Shown piece by piece: positions 51,362-62,648 of a stretch of DNA of 64,000 nt. The DNA comes from Mobula hypostoma. Its lineage: Eukaryota. Where the stretch lies: NCBI RefSeq assembly GCF_963921235.1, contig NC_086097.1:80044001-80108000 (forward strand). Direction: 5' to 3'. The position numbers and the translations under genes are program-made. Position 1 is the first letter of the stretch, and every line of letters begins with the position of its first letter. The notes beneath the pieces are model-generated. The model was not told the DNA's origin. It did not search any database and saw only the letters and a list, made by a program, of their open reading frames with translations.

Positions 51362-51650
51362 TAGACGCAAGAAAATGTAAATGATGGAATCTAGAGCAAA
51401 AAGACAACTATATGAGCTTAGCAGGCCGACCAGCATCTGTAGGAGAAAATGAAACGTCAATGGCATTTTTTAGAGCTAAATAAATAAGAAAATAGCAACA
51501 AAGTCATTGATAATAGTTCTAACATCATGCAAAATAAATTCTTAAGACTGATACCAAATATGCCTCCAGTTCTGATAGAGTTTAGACCCAAAAAATTGTT
51601 CATTCCTTTCCCCTTGATAAATGCTACTTGAGCAGATTGTTTGCTGTTTC
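51362..51650. mobile_element. Very degenerate PLE pLTR fold-back remnant
   Basis: 'gagcttagcaggccgaccagcatctgtagg...aacgtcaatg', and later the inverted 'ttctgatagagtttagacccaaaaa...aaatgct'. Confidence 0.4.
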
Positions 51651-52377
51651 TTAGAACAAATTATTTCCCAAATGAAACACAAAAGGGTTAAAATTTATTC
51701 AGTTTCTTGAAATTTTGGTGGAATTTAAGATTTTTTTTGTTAAACGTAATTTACTTAATGTACAATTACAGTCTGTGCTCAATTTAGAGGAATACGTTTA
51801 CAGAAAAGCACGCCTTGTTCCAAACTAATATCAAGACTACCCACTCCACATCGCCACTCTGAAGGCATAAACCATAACACTGAAGAAAACCTGACTGCTC
51901 ATGTAAATTTCAAGTTCAGTTGCATGCTCATGCAAAATAAGGAAATGTAAATTTCTATATATTCTGCATCAGCATAGTTTTTTTAAAATCATTTTCAGAT
52001 GTTTCATTGATGCTACTTTGCAGTGATGACTTCTACTTTCTTAACAGCCTCTGCACGCATAAGGTTTTATGGAAGATCATATAGCAAATGAGCAGAATTA
52101 GCTCTTAGTGTTTACTCTGGCACCTTAACCAGAGTTAACATCAAACCTACTGAAGTTGTAGATATGGGTGTGTAAATAATCTTGAATTAACCTAATAATC
52201 CTTCCATGTAGGTAACGCTCCTATAATATTCAAAGGGACGTAACCTAACATTTAAATACAAGGCCCTATTTCACTCACGGGGAGACAACAGAAAAACACA
52301 GTGACCTTGCAATCTCCACCTCACTCACTATTTCAAATTCTTCTTGTACTGGTGATCATACCAGAATACCAGTAGCA

Positions 52378-52545
52378 TCACTTTCAAATCTCTTACTAGC
52401 TCTTCCTTCAGTTAGTCCTGACAAAGGGTCTCGGCCCGAAACGTCGACTGTATCTCTTCCTAGAGATGCTGCCTGGCCTGCTGCGTTCACCAGCAACTTT
52501 GATGTGTGTTGCTTGAATTTCTAGCATCTGCAGAATTCCTCATGT
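52378..52545 (+). mobile_element. Short PLE pLTR insertion
   Basis: pLTR with hammerhead at 52414-52449 (core CTGACAA, G8 lost). TSD taccagtagca at 52367-52377 and 52546-52556. Confidence 0.92.
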
Positions 52546-53030
52546 TACCAGTAGCAATCTCCTACTTCACAATTTTACATTAACAAAGTTCTGCTCCTGG
52601 ATATGTTCTTCACAATGTTTCTATATTCCTCAAATATAATTCACATCTTATCAAGCCTGAAGATCATATCTTCATATTTGATGTAGTCTCTGTTAATTTA
52701 TGAAAATTGCAGGAGCTTTGAGTCAGCTTTGGATCCAACGTCTATGCTGGCTTCAGTTATTTCTCTTTAACATTTTTCAACGTAAAGAATAGTTATTCTG
52801 ATTATTTTATTGCTGCTGCATTTAAAATAGTCAAACTACCAGTCAGTGTTTACTGAGTACCCAGAACACAATAGAATCAGTAGGGGAGAGGATCTGATTT
52901 GTGTTGTTCAAGAATCTGAAGTATGAAAAGTTGTGATCATTGCATTTGTTTAATATCAGTTACTTTCATTGAATACCTACAGCATTGTAATTAAGCCTCA
53001 ATAAATGCAAATACTTTAACTATAGGAATA

Positions 53031-53305
53031 ACTGTTGGACTTCGGCCACATTCCACCGAAATTCAACACTGGGCGGCACGGGAGGTTGTTCCTGCCTGTG
53101 GCCATCGAATTTGCAGCTCCTCCCGTGGAGGGTCAGACACCCTGAGCCAATAGACTGGTCCTGGACTTTTTTCCATCTGGCATAGTTTGCATTTTGTTGT
53201 TTGATTGTTTGTGGTTTTTGTATTGCTATATTTATGCTCTATTCTTGGTTGATGCGGCTATAACGAAACCCAATTTCCCTCGGGATCAATAAAGTATATC
53301 TATCT
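53031..53305 (+). mobile_element. Second copy of the Rex1-derived deletion element
   Basis: Reverse-complement match to 31403-31680, including the junction ggactt(c/g)ggcca|cattccaccga. Confidence 0.85.
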
Positions 53306-53879
53306 AATTAAATTAATTATATTTATCTATTATTTGAATATTTATGGATAAGCAAAAGTACTTGGACTAAAAACTACATCGTCTTCATTAGAACCAAATG
53401 TAGAAACATGGTTCATGTACCTACACACAGTTTGTGCTGGCAATTAAATACCTATTTCTACTTCATACAGGAATCAGTAGTTTTGCACAGAAGAGCGAAA
53501 TCATGTATTTTATCCGTTATCCTCCAGTATTTGAGAGTTTTGTCGTGTCCTAATGATAAAGTTTACAATACAAACCTAGTAAACATGACTCATGAAAAAT
53601 GTAACATAAAAGCAATAATGTTCTTTTGTTTTTATTTTAGTGGATGGGACCAGAGGCATCAATACTCTTCAGACAAGTTAAATGCTAAAGAACCCACACT
53701 GACTGAAGAGAAGAAAATTTTAGGTGGGAAATTTCAGAATCAGAGTCAGGTTTAATATCACCGGCAGCACAGCAATGAAATCCATGATAAATAACTATAG
53801 AGAAAAAACTGAATGACAGTAAGTATATAAATGAGAAGAGAGCATGTCCTTTGTGGTGAGGATCCTTAATGATGGACGC

Positions 53880-54961
53880 TGTTGTGTCTGTCCACAACTT
53901 CATATTCATTTAAATAAAAGCACGCTCACGGGAGATGGTGTTAACCAGTGTATTCACATTGTAATGAGCGAGAGAGGGAAAAAAAGAGAGAATAATTCAC
54001 ATGCGTACACAATAGATCAACACATAGTGCTGGGGGGGGGGGGTGGGGAGCATTGCTCCAAAAGAAATGGATCCATACATTACACTTTCTCCCCCTTTAG
54101 ATTAACACAACAGAAAACTATAGATGTACATGTAACACTCTGGTTCCATCGGCTGCATAAATCTAGTGAAGACACCCTCCGGCCCCGCCAAACGTGGGAG
54201 ATTGAAGTGCAAGCCCCCCAAATCCCCGTTTGTGTGGATGCTGCGTGATTTGTTACCCTGTTACAAATAAGTACTGTACCACGAAATTACAGACAGTACA
54301 CTGCATACAATTAAAAGATTTAGCTTTATAATTCTTAATTTGACTAAAAGATTAGTAAAGAAAAAGCAAAAAAAGAAAAGGGCCCATTTTAAATGAAACA
54401 GTCTAATGTGCACAAGTTGGAGCTCACCGTTTCCCCTTCCCAGATCCTTCTTTAATCTCCCCGGGCTTCATCAAATCGCGGCCCCACTCTGGGTCAACTC
54501 CTCTGACCTCTTCTCTCCACCATCATCTTTCTTCTACCCTCTCAAAAGCCCCCAGCCCAACCTTAGTGTCCCTCACCAGAGAAACCTCACCACATTATTG
54601 TCACTTTAAATTCAGTGTGACTTTCACAGTTACTATACACTGTACTCGTGCATTTGTTAGCGTCTGCGACGGCTTTCTCTTGTTGCTTAACTCTCGTTGT
54701 TTCATCCTGTTGGTGCAGTTTGTGATATTTTCTGACATTCTGGTTGGTACTCATCGCTAATTTGTTGTGTCTGTGCACAACTACATATCCATTAAATAAA
54801 AGCACACACATGGGTGATGGCCTGGTGTATAAACATTGCAGTGAGAGACAGAACAATGCACACGCGTAAACAACAGCGTATGTGCAGACAACAGATCAAT
54901 ATGTAATGCTAAGGAGGAGGGTGGGGTCATTGTTCTAATAGAAATAGATTCATACATTACA
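53880..54961 (-). mobile_element. Miniature two-LTR Gypsy-like element (LTRs 53880-54084 and 54763-54961)
   Basis: Both LTRs run tgttgtgtctgt...catacattaca. 5-bp TSD gacgc at 53875-53879 and 54962-54966. Minus-strand PPT aaagggggagaaag next to 54084 and PBS-like ttagcgatgag next to 54763. Confidence 0.8.
54131..54590. mobile_element. Truncated LTR nested in the mini element
   Basis: tgtaacactctggttccatcgg... homologous to 37808-38270. Confidence 0.8.
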
Positions 54962-55581
54962 GACGCCACCGTCCTAAGGCACCACTCCTTGAAAATGTCT
55001 TGGAGCCATGATGGAGCTAATTTGACAAGTTTCTGCAACTTGCAGTACTTCTTGTGCAGTACCCCCCAACTCCCCGCAATACCAGATGGTGATGCAGCCT
55101 GTCAGAATGCTTTCCATGAAACATTTGTAGAAGTTTTCAAGTGTTGTAGTTGACAAATCAAATCTCTTCAAACTCTTATTGAAATATAACTGCTGTCTTG
55201 TCTTCTTTATAGCTGCATCAATATTTTGTGTCCAGGTTAGGTCCTCAGAGATACTGACACCCAGGAACATGAAATTGCTCTCTCTCCACTTTCATCAAAT
55301 GACTGCAAACAATAGTGCAATGACAAACAAATTTGAAAATATTTATATCATCCATCAAAACTAGCAGAATTTCCCTTCCAAACATTGCTGTTATTCGTAA
55401 AATCAATTGTTTCTCTCTTTGCTAGCCTTCACACCATTTGAAAATAATTAGCAATAAAAATACAAATTTCATTTACGTAATATCCTGAATACTAACAACC
55501 TAAGGTAATCCAGGAAATAATATTAAATATAAAAGCAAGTAATTTTTGACATGCTCTCATTGGCAGCATAAAAGTTTAAAT

Positions 55582-56283
55582 GGAGGAGGAGAAGATGCCG
55601 GCACGATGCAGAGCGCAGTGGCCACTCCGCTTAACTGATATCTATTATCTTTCAAGTACGGTGCCGTGCACAATCCTGATTTGATGGAGACAGACGTGAG
55701 AGCACAGAGGAACATCTGGAGAAACTTCTGAAATGCCGCCTTCACTGCTGCTACTACTGTGTGATCCAGAATCTCCGGAGGAGAAGGCCCCGAGTCCTCG
55801 GCTTCGCTTACTGCTTGGCAGCCAGGGCCAGGGTCGAAGCGCTCAGCAGAGGATGGTGCTCAGGAGGCTGTATCGGAGGGGCTGGTCGGAGGCTCGAAGT
55901 TTTCAGACGGACTCAGAGTCCGCTGTGGTCGGGTGCTTCCAATGCATCAGCAATTGTCGGCACCTGGAGGTTTATGGCAGGAAGAGTTTCTCCCTTTTGC
56001 CGCCTGCTAGTGGGACTATCGGGAGTCAATGGGAATTTTGAGACTTTTTTTTACCGTGCCCATGGTCTGCTCTTTATCAAATTATGGTATTGCTTTGCAC
56101 TGCTGTATCTATGTGTTATAATTATGTGGTCTTGTCAGTGTTAGTCTTTGGTTTGTCCTGTTTTTTTTGTGATATCACTCTGGAGGAACACTGTATCATT
56201 TCTTAATGCATGCATTTCTAAATGCCAATAAATGAGGACTGAGTGTTCTCATAATCTAATCTAAAAATCTAATCTAAATCTAA
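55582..56283 (+). mobile_element. Second copy of the AAGATGGCG/(TAATC)n retroposon
   Basis: Collinear with 36213-36866. Confidence 0.8.
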
Positions 56284-56738
56284 AATAATTTTAACCTGAA
56301 AATTCACTCCATAAAAGAGATACTCAAATCTGATTTTCTCCAAAATACATGAAATTGGAGTATTTTGTTCAAAGACACAATGCTAAAGTTGGATAATTTT
56401 ATATCTTTGATAATGGGCACTGTTCCACATTGACTTCACAAAATTAAACTAGCATTCCAGCCTAGATTAACCAAAGCTGTTTTTAGCTTTGTAAAGTGCA
56501 TCTGAAGTCAATTATTTTTCAAAACACAAAATAGTTCCCTGAACAGCTTCTCCTACTGCTAAAGCTATGTGCACCCAATATAGCTGTAGTTCAAAGCACT
56601 GAAACCAATATATAGCCCTAGTGCCCCAAAATGAATCATACCAAACTTAAACAGACGTTTCTGATCATTAAATGGAAATGCAAATAATAGACACAAAATA
56701 AACATTGCTTCCTATGTAAGAATAGCTATTTTAACAAA

Positions 56739-57351
56739 TGTAGCCCCCGGTAAGCCTCAGGCTCGCTCAGCTCACTTTCGTCTAGGGGGAGCAGCCTTCG
56801 GCCCCGCCGAACTGGGTAAAGTTTGTGTGAATGCTGTGTGTTGTATACCCTGTGTAACATCAGTACCTCAAAATAACATTCAGTCCACAATGTGCGGTTA
56901 AAGGATTAAGATTTTATATTTAAGTATGGGGTTAGTAGAGAACAAAAGAAAAGGAAAACAAATAAAAGGCATCAATCATCTCATAAACATGTCCAGTGCA
57001 CAAACGTTGGAGCTCGCAGATTCCCTGTCGCTGATCTTCCTTCGCTCGTCGTCAACCCCTGGGCTCCTGCCCCAAGCCCAGGCCCAGCGGGTCCAGCAAC
57101 CATCTCCTCAAGCCACCTCTTCTCTCTTCATCCTCTTTGCACCATCTCCCTAAAGCCCGCGCAACTAACAGCTTTCACACAGACAGAAAGAATAACATCT
57201 ATCCCAATTGGTTAACAAATAAATACAAGTCCAGTTATCACTAATTATAATCCAAACATACTGCTATAGAGAACCACTGTCTCAGCAGTTAACAGTACAG
57301 AGAAGCCATTTTATTCACCTTAGGAGTGAGATAAAAGAAGAAACCCTGACA
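56739..57351. mobile_element. Solo LTR (Gypsy-like)
   Basis: TGT...ACA termini with 4-bp TSD caaa (56735-56738 and 57352-57355). Shares ggccccgcc and tttgtgtg(g/a)atgctg blocks with the 37808 and 54131 LTRs. Confidence 0.8.
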
Positions 57352-57876
57352 CAAAAAATATTAAACTATGAATGCAAAGCATTATCGGAGCTGGGTTATG
57401 TGTTAGTGCTTCATCAAAAATTTGAAGGAAATTCTCTCACCCAGTAATTCAGTTTAAGTAAATAAATTATTTGTAGGTAACACCCACAAGGGAACCTTGA
57501 AGGAATTTTAATTTTGCCTCCAGCCATTCAATCAATCACTGTTAAACTGTGGATTTTACTGACTGGCATAGAATAAAATACCAAGAAAACTGCACTGCAC
57601 TGCCAGCATTCACTTTTTACTGAGGTCAAATGTGAAGAAAATCTATTTGGAGGCCGAATTGGAATGTGACACTGGACTGGACAGAACTGTACAGCAAAAT
57701 TATGGAAATTGGCTTTTGCATAAGGTGAAAAAAATATTTCTGCAAATAGAGACACCTTAATTCCAGACTGGAATTGAGATGTTTAAGTTATTCCCTGTCA
57801 TGGTATGTACAATATAAGTGACTAGAATTGATTTTATACTCTTAATTTGTGGTATGTAACTACTCTCCACGACATA

Positions 57877-58475
57877 TGAGGGGTGATTGATAAGTTTGTA
57901 GCCTAAGGTAGGAGGAGTCAATTGTAGAAAACCTAGCACATTTACTTTTCAACATAGTCCCCTCCTACATTTACACACTTAGTCCAGCAGTCGAGGAGCA
58001 TACGGATCTTGAACCTCCAGAAATTATCCACGACAGGGGTGATTGATAAGTTTGTGGCCTAAGGCAGAAGGAGATGAGTTATACAGCTCTCATTACATGC
58101 ACATGCAGTTCAACTCTTTAAATGATTATGCAGTAAGTTTGAAGTTACTAACTCATCGGGGTGATTGATAAGTTCATGGCCTAAGGTGGAAGGAGATGAG
58201 TTATTAACCTCAAACTTTCTGCATAATCACTCAAAGAGTTGACCTGCATGTGCATGTAACAAGAGCTGTATCACTCATCTCCTTCTACCTTAGGCCATGA
58301 ACTTATCAATCACCCATGCTGTGGACACTTCCTGGAGGTCCAAGACCTGTACGCTTCACGGCCGCTGGACTAAGTGTGTAAATGTAGGAGGGGACTATGT
58401 TGAAAAATAAATGTGCTAGGTCTTCTAAAATTGACTCCTTCTACCTTAGGCCACGAACCTATCAATCACCCCTCG
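57877..58475. mobile_element. Mariner-type MITE with internal TIR copies
   Basis: TA-tgaggggtgattgataag...tatcaatcacccctcg-TA. Paralogue of 10125-10569. Confidence 0.9.
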
Positions 58476-58555
58476 TAATATTCAAGAAATCATTCTTCTT
58501 TTATCAGAAGTCACTATCATTTCAGACATAACTTTTTTTGCTGATTCTTCTTGCT

Positions 58556-58811
58556 GTAATGTCACTCCACTGTTTAAAAAGGGAGGGAGGAGGAAAAAAG
58601 GAGATCATGAGCCAGTTAGCCTGACTTCAGTGGTTTGAAAGATGTCGGAGTCCATTATTAAGCATGAGGTTTCAGTGTACTTGGAGGCACATGATAAGGA
58701 AAATTCTAATTCTGTATGGTTTCCTTAAGGGGAAAACTTGCCTGTCAAATCTGTTGAAATTCTTTGATGAATTAATAGGTAGCACATGTTGTTTACTTTG
58801 ATTTTCAGAAG
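58556..58811 (+). mobile_element. CR1 RT fragment truncated by an opposite-strand CR1
   Basis: NVTPLFKKG..PVSLTSVV..GFLKGKTCLSNLLKFF..YFDFQK. Confidence 0.8.
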
Positions 58812-59403
58812 CACAGTACAAGCCCTTCGGCCCACAATGTTATGCCAACCCTTAAACCCTGCCTCCCATATAGCACCCCACCTTAAATTCTTCCATATAC
58901 CTGTCTAGTAGTCTCTTAAATTTCACTAGTGTATCTGCCTCCACCACTGACTCAGGCAGTGCATTCCATGCACCAACCACTCTCTGAGTAAAAAACCTTC
59001 CTCTAATATTCCCCTTGAACTTCCCACCCCTTACCTTAAAGCCATGTCCTCTTGTATTGAGCAGTGGTGCCCTGGGGAAGAGGCGCTGGCTGTCCACTCT
59101 ATCTATTCCTCTTAATATCTTGTATACCTCTATCATGTCTCCTCTCATCCTCCTTCTCTCCAAAGAGTAAAGCCCTAGCTCCCTTAATCTCTGATCATAA
59201 TGCATATTCTCTAAACCAGGCAGCATCCTGGTAAATCTCCTCTGTACACTTTCTAATGCTTCCACATCCTTCCTATAGTGAGGTGACCAGAACTGGACAC
59301 AGTACTCCAAGTGTGGCCTAACCAGAGTTTTATAGAGCTGCATCATTACCTCGCGACTCAAACTCGATCCCTTGACTTATGAAAGCTAACACCCCATAAG
59401 CTT

Positions 59404-60708
59404 AAACAACAGGAATTCTGCAGATGCTGGAAATTCAAGCAACACACATCAAAGTTGCTGGTGAACGCAGCAGGCCAAGCAGCATCTGTAGGAAGAGGTG
59501 CAGTCGACGTTTCAGGCCAAGACCCTTCGTCAGGACTAACTGAAGGAAGAGTGAGTAAGGGATTTGAAAGCTGGAGGGGGAGGGGGAGATCCAAAATGAT
59601 AGGAGAAGACAGGAGGGGGAGGGATAGAGCCAAGAGCTGGACAGGTGATAGGCAAAAGGGGATACGAGAGGATCATAGGACAGGAGGTCCAGGAAGAAAG
59701 ACAAGGGGGGGGGGACCCAGAGGATGGGCAAGAGGTATATTCAGAGGGACAGAGGGAGAAAAAGGAGAGTGAGAGAAAGAATGTGTGCATAAAAATGAGT
59801 AACAGATGGGGTACGAGGGGGAGGTGGGGCCTTAGCGGAAGTTAGAGAAGTCGATGTTCATGCCATCAGGTTGGAGGCTACCCAGACGGAATATAAGGTG
59901 TTGTTCCTCCAACCTGAATGTGGCTTCATCTTTACAGTAGAGGAGGCCGTGGATAGACATGTCAGAATGGGAATGGGATGTGGAATTAAAATGTGTGGCC
60001 ACTGGGAGATCCTGCTTTCTCTGGCAGACAGAGCGTAGATGTTCAGCCAAGCGGTCTCCCAGTCTGCGTCGGGTCTCGCCAATATATAAAAGGCCACATC
60101 GGGAGCACCGGACACAGTATATCACCCCAGTCGACTCACAGGTGAAGTGTTGCCTCACCTGGAAGGACTGTTTGGGGCCCTGAATGGTGGTAAGGGAGGA
60201 AGTGTAAGGGCATGTGTAGCACTTGTTCCGCTTACACGGATAAGTGCCAGGAGGGAGATCAGTGGGGAGGGATGGGGGGGACGAATGGACAAGGGAGTTA
60301 TGTAGGCAGCGATCCCTGCGGAATGCAGGGGGGGGAGGGAAAGATGTGCTTAGTGGTGGGATCCCGTTGGAGGTGGCGGAAGTTACGGAGAATAATATGT
60401 TGGACCCGGAGGCGGGTGGGGTGGTAGGTCAGGACCAGGGGAACCCTATTCCTAGTGGGGTGGCGGGAGGATGGAGTGAGAGCAGATGTACGTGAAATGG
60501 GAGAAATGCGTTTAAGAGCAGAGTTGATAGTGGAGGAAGGGAAGCCCCTTTCTTTAAAAAAGGGAGACATCTCCCTCGTCCTAGAATGAAAAGCCTCATC
60601 CTGAGAGCAGATGCGGCGGAGACGGAGGAATTGCGAGAAGGGGATGGCGTTTTTGCAAGAGACAGGGTGAGAAGAGGAATAGTCCAGATAGCTGTGAGAA
60701 TCAGTAGG
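59404..60708 (-). mobile_element. Penelope-like element, 5'-truncated, young
   Basis: PTDSHSYLDYSSSHP...; GVIYCVRCSRCGLLYIGETRRRLGDRLAEH (GIY-YIG); pLTR. TSD ccccataagctt at 59392-59403 and 60709-60720. Confidence 0.97.
59502..59537 (-). ncRNA. Minimal type I hammerhead ribozyme (intact core)
   Basis: agtc-CTGACGA-agggtcttggcct-GAAAC-GTC-gact. Confidence 0.8.
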
Positions 60709-62648
60709 CCCCATAAGCTTTCTTAACTACCCTATCCACCTGTGAGGCAACTTTCAGGGATCTGTGGACATGTACCCCGAGATCCCTCTGTTCCTCCACA
60801 CTACCAAATATCCTGCCATTTACTTTGTACTCTACCTTGGAGTTTGTCCTTCCAAAGTGTACCACCTCACACTTCTCCAGTTTGAACTCCATCTGCCACT
60901 TCTCAGCCCACTTCTGCATCCTATCAATGTCTCTCTGCAATCTTCGACAATGTTCTACCCTATCCACAACACCACCAACCTTTGTGTCGTCTGCAAACTT
61001 GCCAACCCACCCTTCTACCTCCACATCCAGGTCGTTAATAAAAATCACGAAAAGTAGAGGTCCCAGACCGATCCTTGTGGGACACCACTAGTTACAACCC
61101 TCCAATCCAAATGTACTCTCTCCACCACGACCCTCTGCTTTCTGCAGGCAAGCCAATTCTGAACCCACCTGGCTAAATTTCCCTGGATCCCATGCCTTCT
61201 GACTTTCTGAATAAGCCTACCGTGTGGAACCTTGTCAAATGCCTTACTAAAATCCATGTAGATCACATCCACAGCACTACCCTCATCTATATGCCTGGTC
61301 ACCTCCTCAAAGAACTCTATCAGGCTTGTTAGACACAATCTGCCTTTCACAAAGCCATGCTGACTGTCTCTGATCAGACCATGATTCTCTAAATGCCCAT
61401 AGATCCTATCTCTATGAATCTTTCCCAATAGCTTTCCCACCACAGATGTAAGGCTCACTGGTCTATAATTACCCAGTCTATCCCTACTACCTTTTTTGAA
61501 CAAGCGGACAACATTCGCCTCCCTCCAATCCTCCGGTACCATTCCCGTGGACAACGAGGACATAAAGTTCCTAGCCGGAGGCTCCGCAATCTCTTCCCTC
61601 GCCTCTTGGAGCAGCCTCTGGAATATTCCATCAGGCCCCGGGAACTTATCTGTCCTAATGTATTTTAACAACTCTAACACCTCCTGTCCCTTAATATCAA
61701 CATGCTCCAGAATATCAACCTCACTCATATGGTCCTCACTGTCATCAAGTTCCCTCTCAATGGTGAATACCAAAGAGAAGTATTCATTGAGGATCTCGCT
61801 CACTTCCACAGCCTCCAGGCACATCTTCCCACCTTTATCTCTAATCGGTCCTACTTTCACTCCTGTCATCCTTTTGTTCTTCACATAACTGAAGAATGCC
61901 TTGGGGTTTTCCTTCCACCTGACTAGATTTTCCACCTCACTTGTCACCCATGGTTCCTTCACCCTACCATTCTTTATCTTCGTCACTTGGACAAATTTAT
62001 CCCTAACATCCTGCAAGAGATCCCTAAACATCGACCACGTGTCCATAGTACATTTCCCTGCAAAAACATCATCCCAATTCACACCCACAAGTTCGAGCAT
62101 TATAGCCTCATAATTTGCCCTTCCCCAATTAAAGATTTTCCTGTCCTCTCTGATTCTATCCTTTTCCATGATAATGCCCAGGAGCGATGGTCACTGTCCC
62201 CCAGATGCTCACCCACTGAGAGATCTGTGACCTGACCCGGTTCATTACCTAATACTAGATCTAGTATGGCATTCCCCCTAGTCAGCCTGTCAACATACTG
62301 TGACAGGAATCCGTCCTGGGCACACTTAACAAACTCTGCCCCGTCTGAACCATTGGAACTAATCAGGTGTCAATCAATATTAGGGAAGTTAAAGTCACCC
62401 AAGATAACAACCCTGTTATTTTTCACCTTTCCAAAATCTGCCTCCCAATCTGCTCCTCTGTATCTCTGCTACAGTAACTGCTCCCTTCCTGTTCCTAACA
62501 TCCACCGATACTTATTCAAAAGAGGACCCTGCTACATAACCCACCCTTTCTATAGCTATAATAGTATCCCTGACCAGTAATGCCACCCCTCCTCCCCTCC
62601 CCTGCCGTCCCTTTTAAAGCACTGAAATCCAGGAATATTGAGAATCCA

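Larger units (their letters stand above)
53735..55292 (-). mobile_element. Rex1/Babar-like fragment interrupted by an LTR element (parts 53735-53879 and 54962-55292)
   Basis: FLGVSISEDLTW..KKTRQQLYF..ESILTGCITIWY; DIFKEWCLRTVAS|IIKDPHH.GHALF reads across the insertion. Confidence 0.85.
58812..62648 (-). mobile_element. CR1 LINE ORF2 (APE-RT) with deletions, interrupted by a PLE
   Basis: ORFs 61045-62169, 60701-61048 and 58852-59361 (GNYRPVSLTSVVGK, DFSKAFDKVPH, KFADDTK, RPHLEYCVQFW). APE remnant ILGDFNFPNIDW at ~62370-62400. Confidence 0.95.

Noticed and set aside
53641..53723. Possible plus-strand exon (ttttag|TGGATG...TTAG|gtggga)
   Set aside because: Weak donor, unrecognised peptide, and directly adjacent to a LINE tail.
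57877..58475. CRISPR-like spaced ~37-bp repeats
   Set aside because: Units occur in both orientations, the spacers are themselves inverted repeats, the element is TA-flanked, and the context is eukaryotic. It is a MITE.
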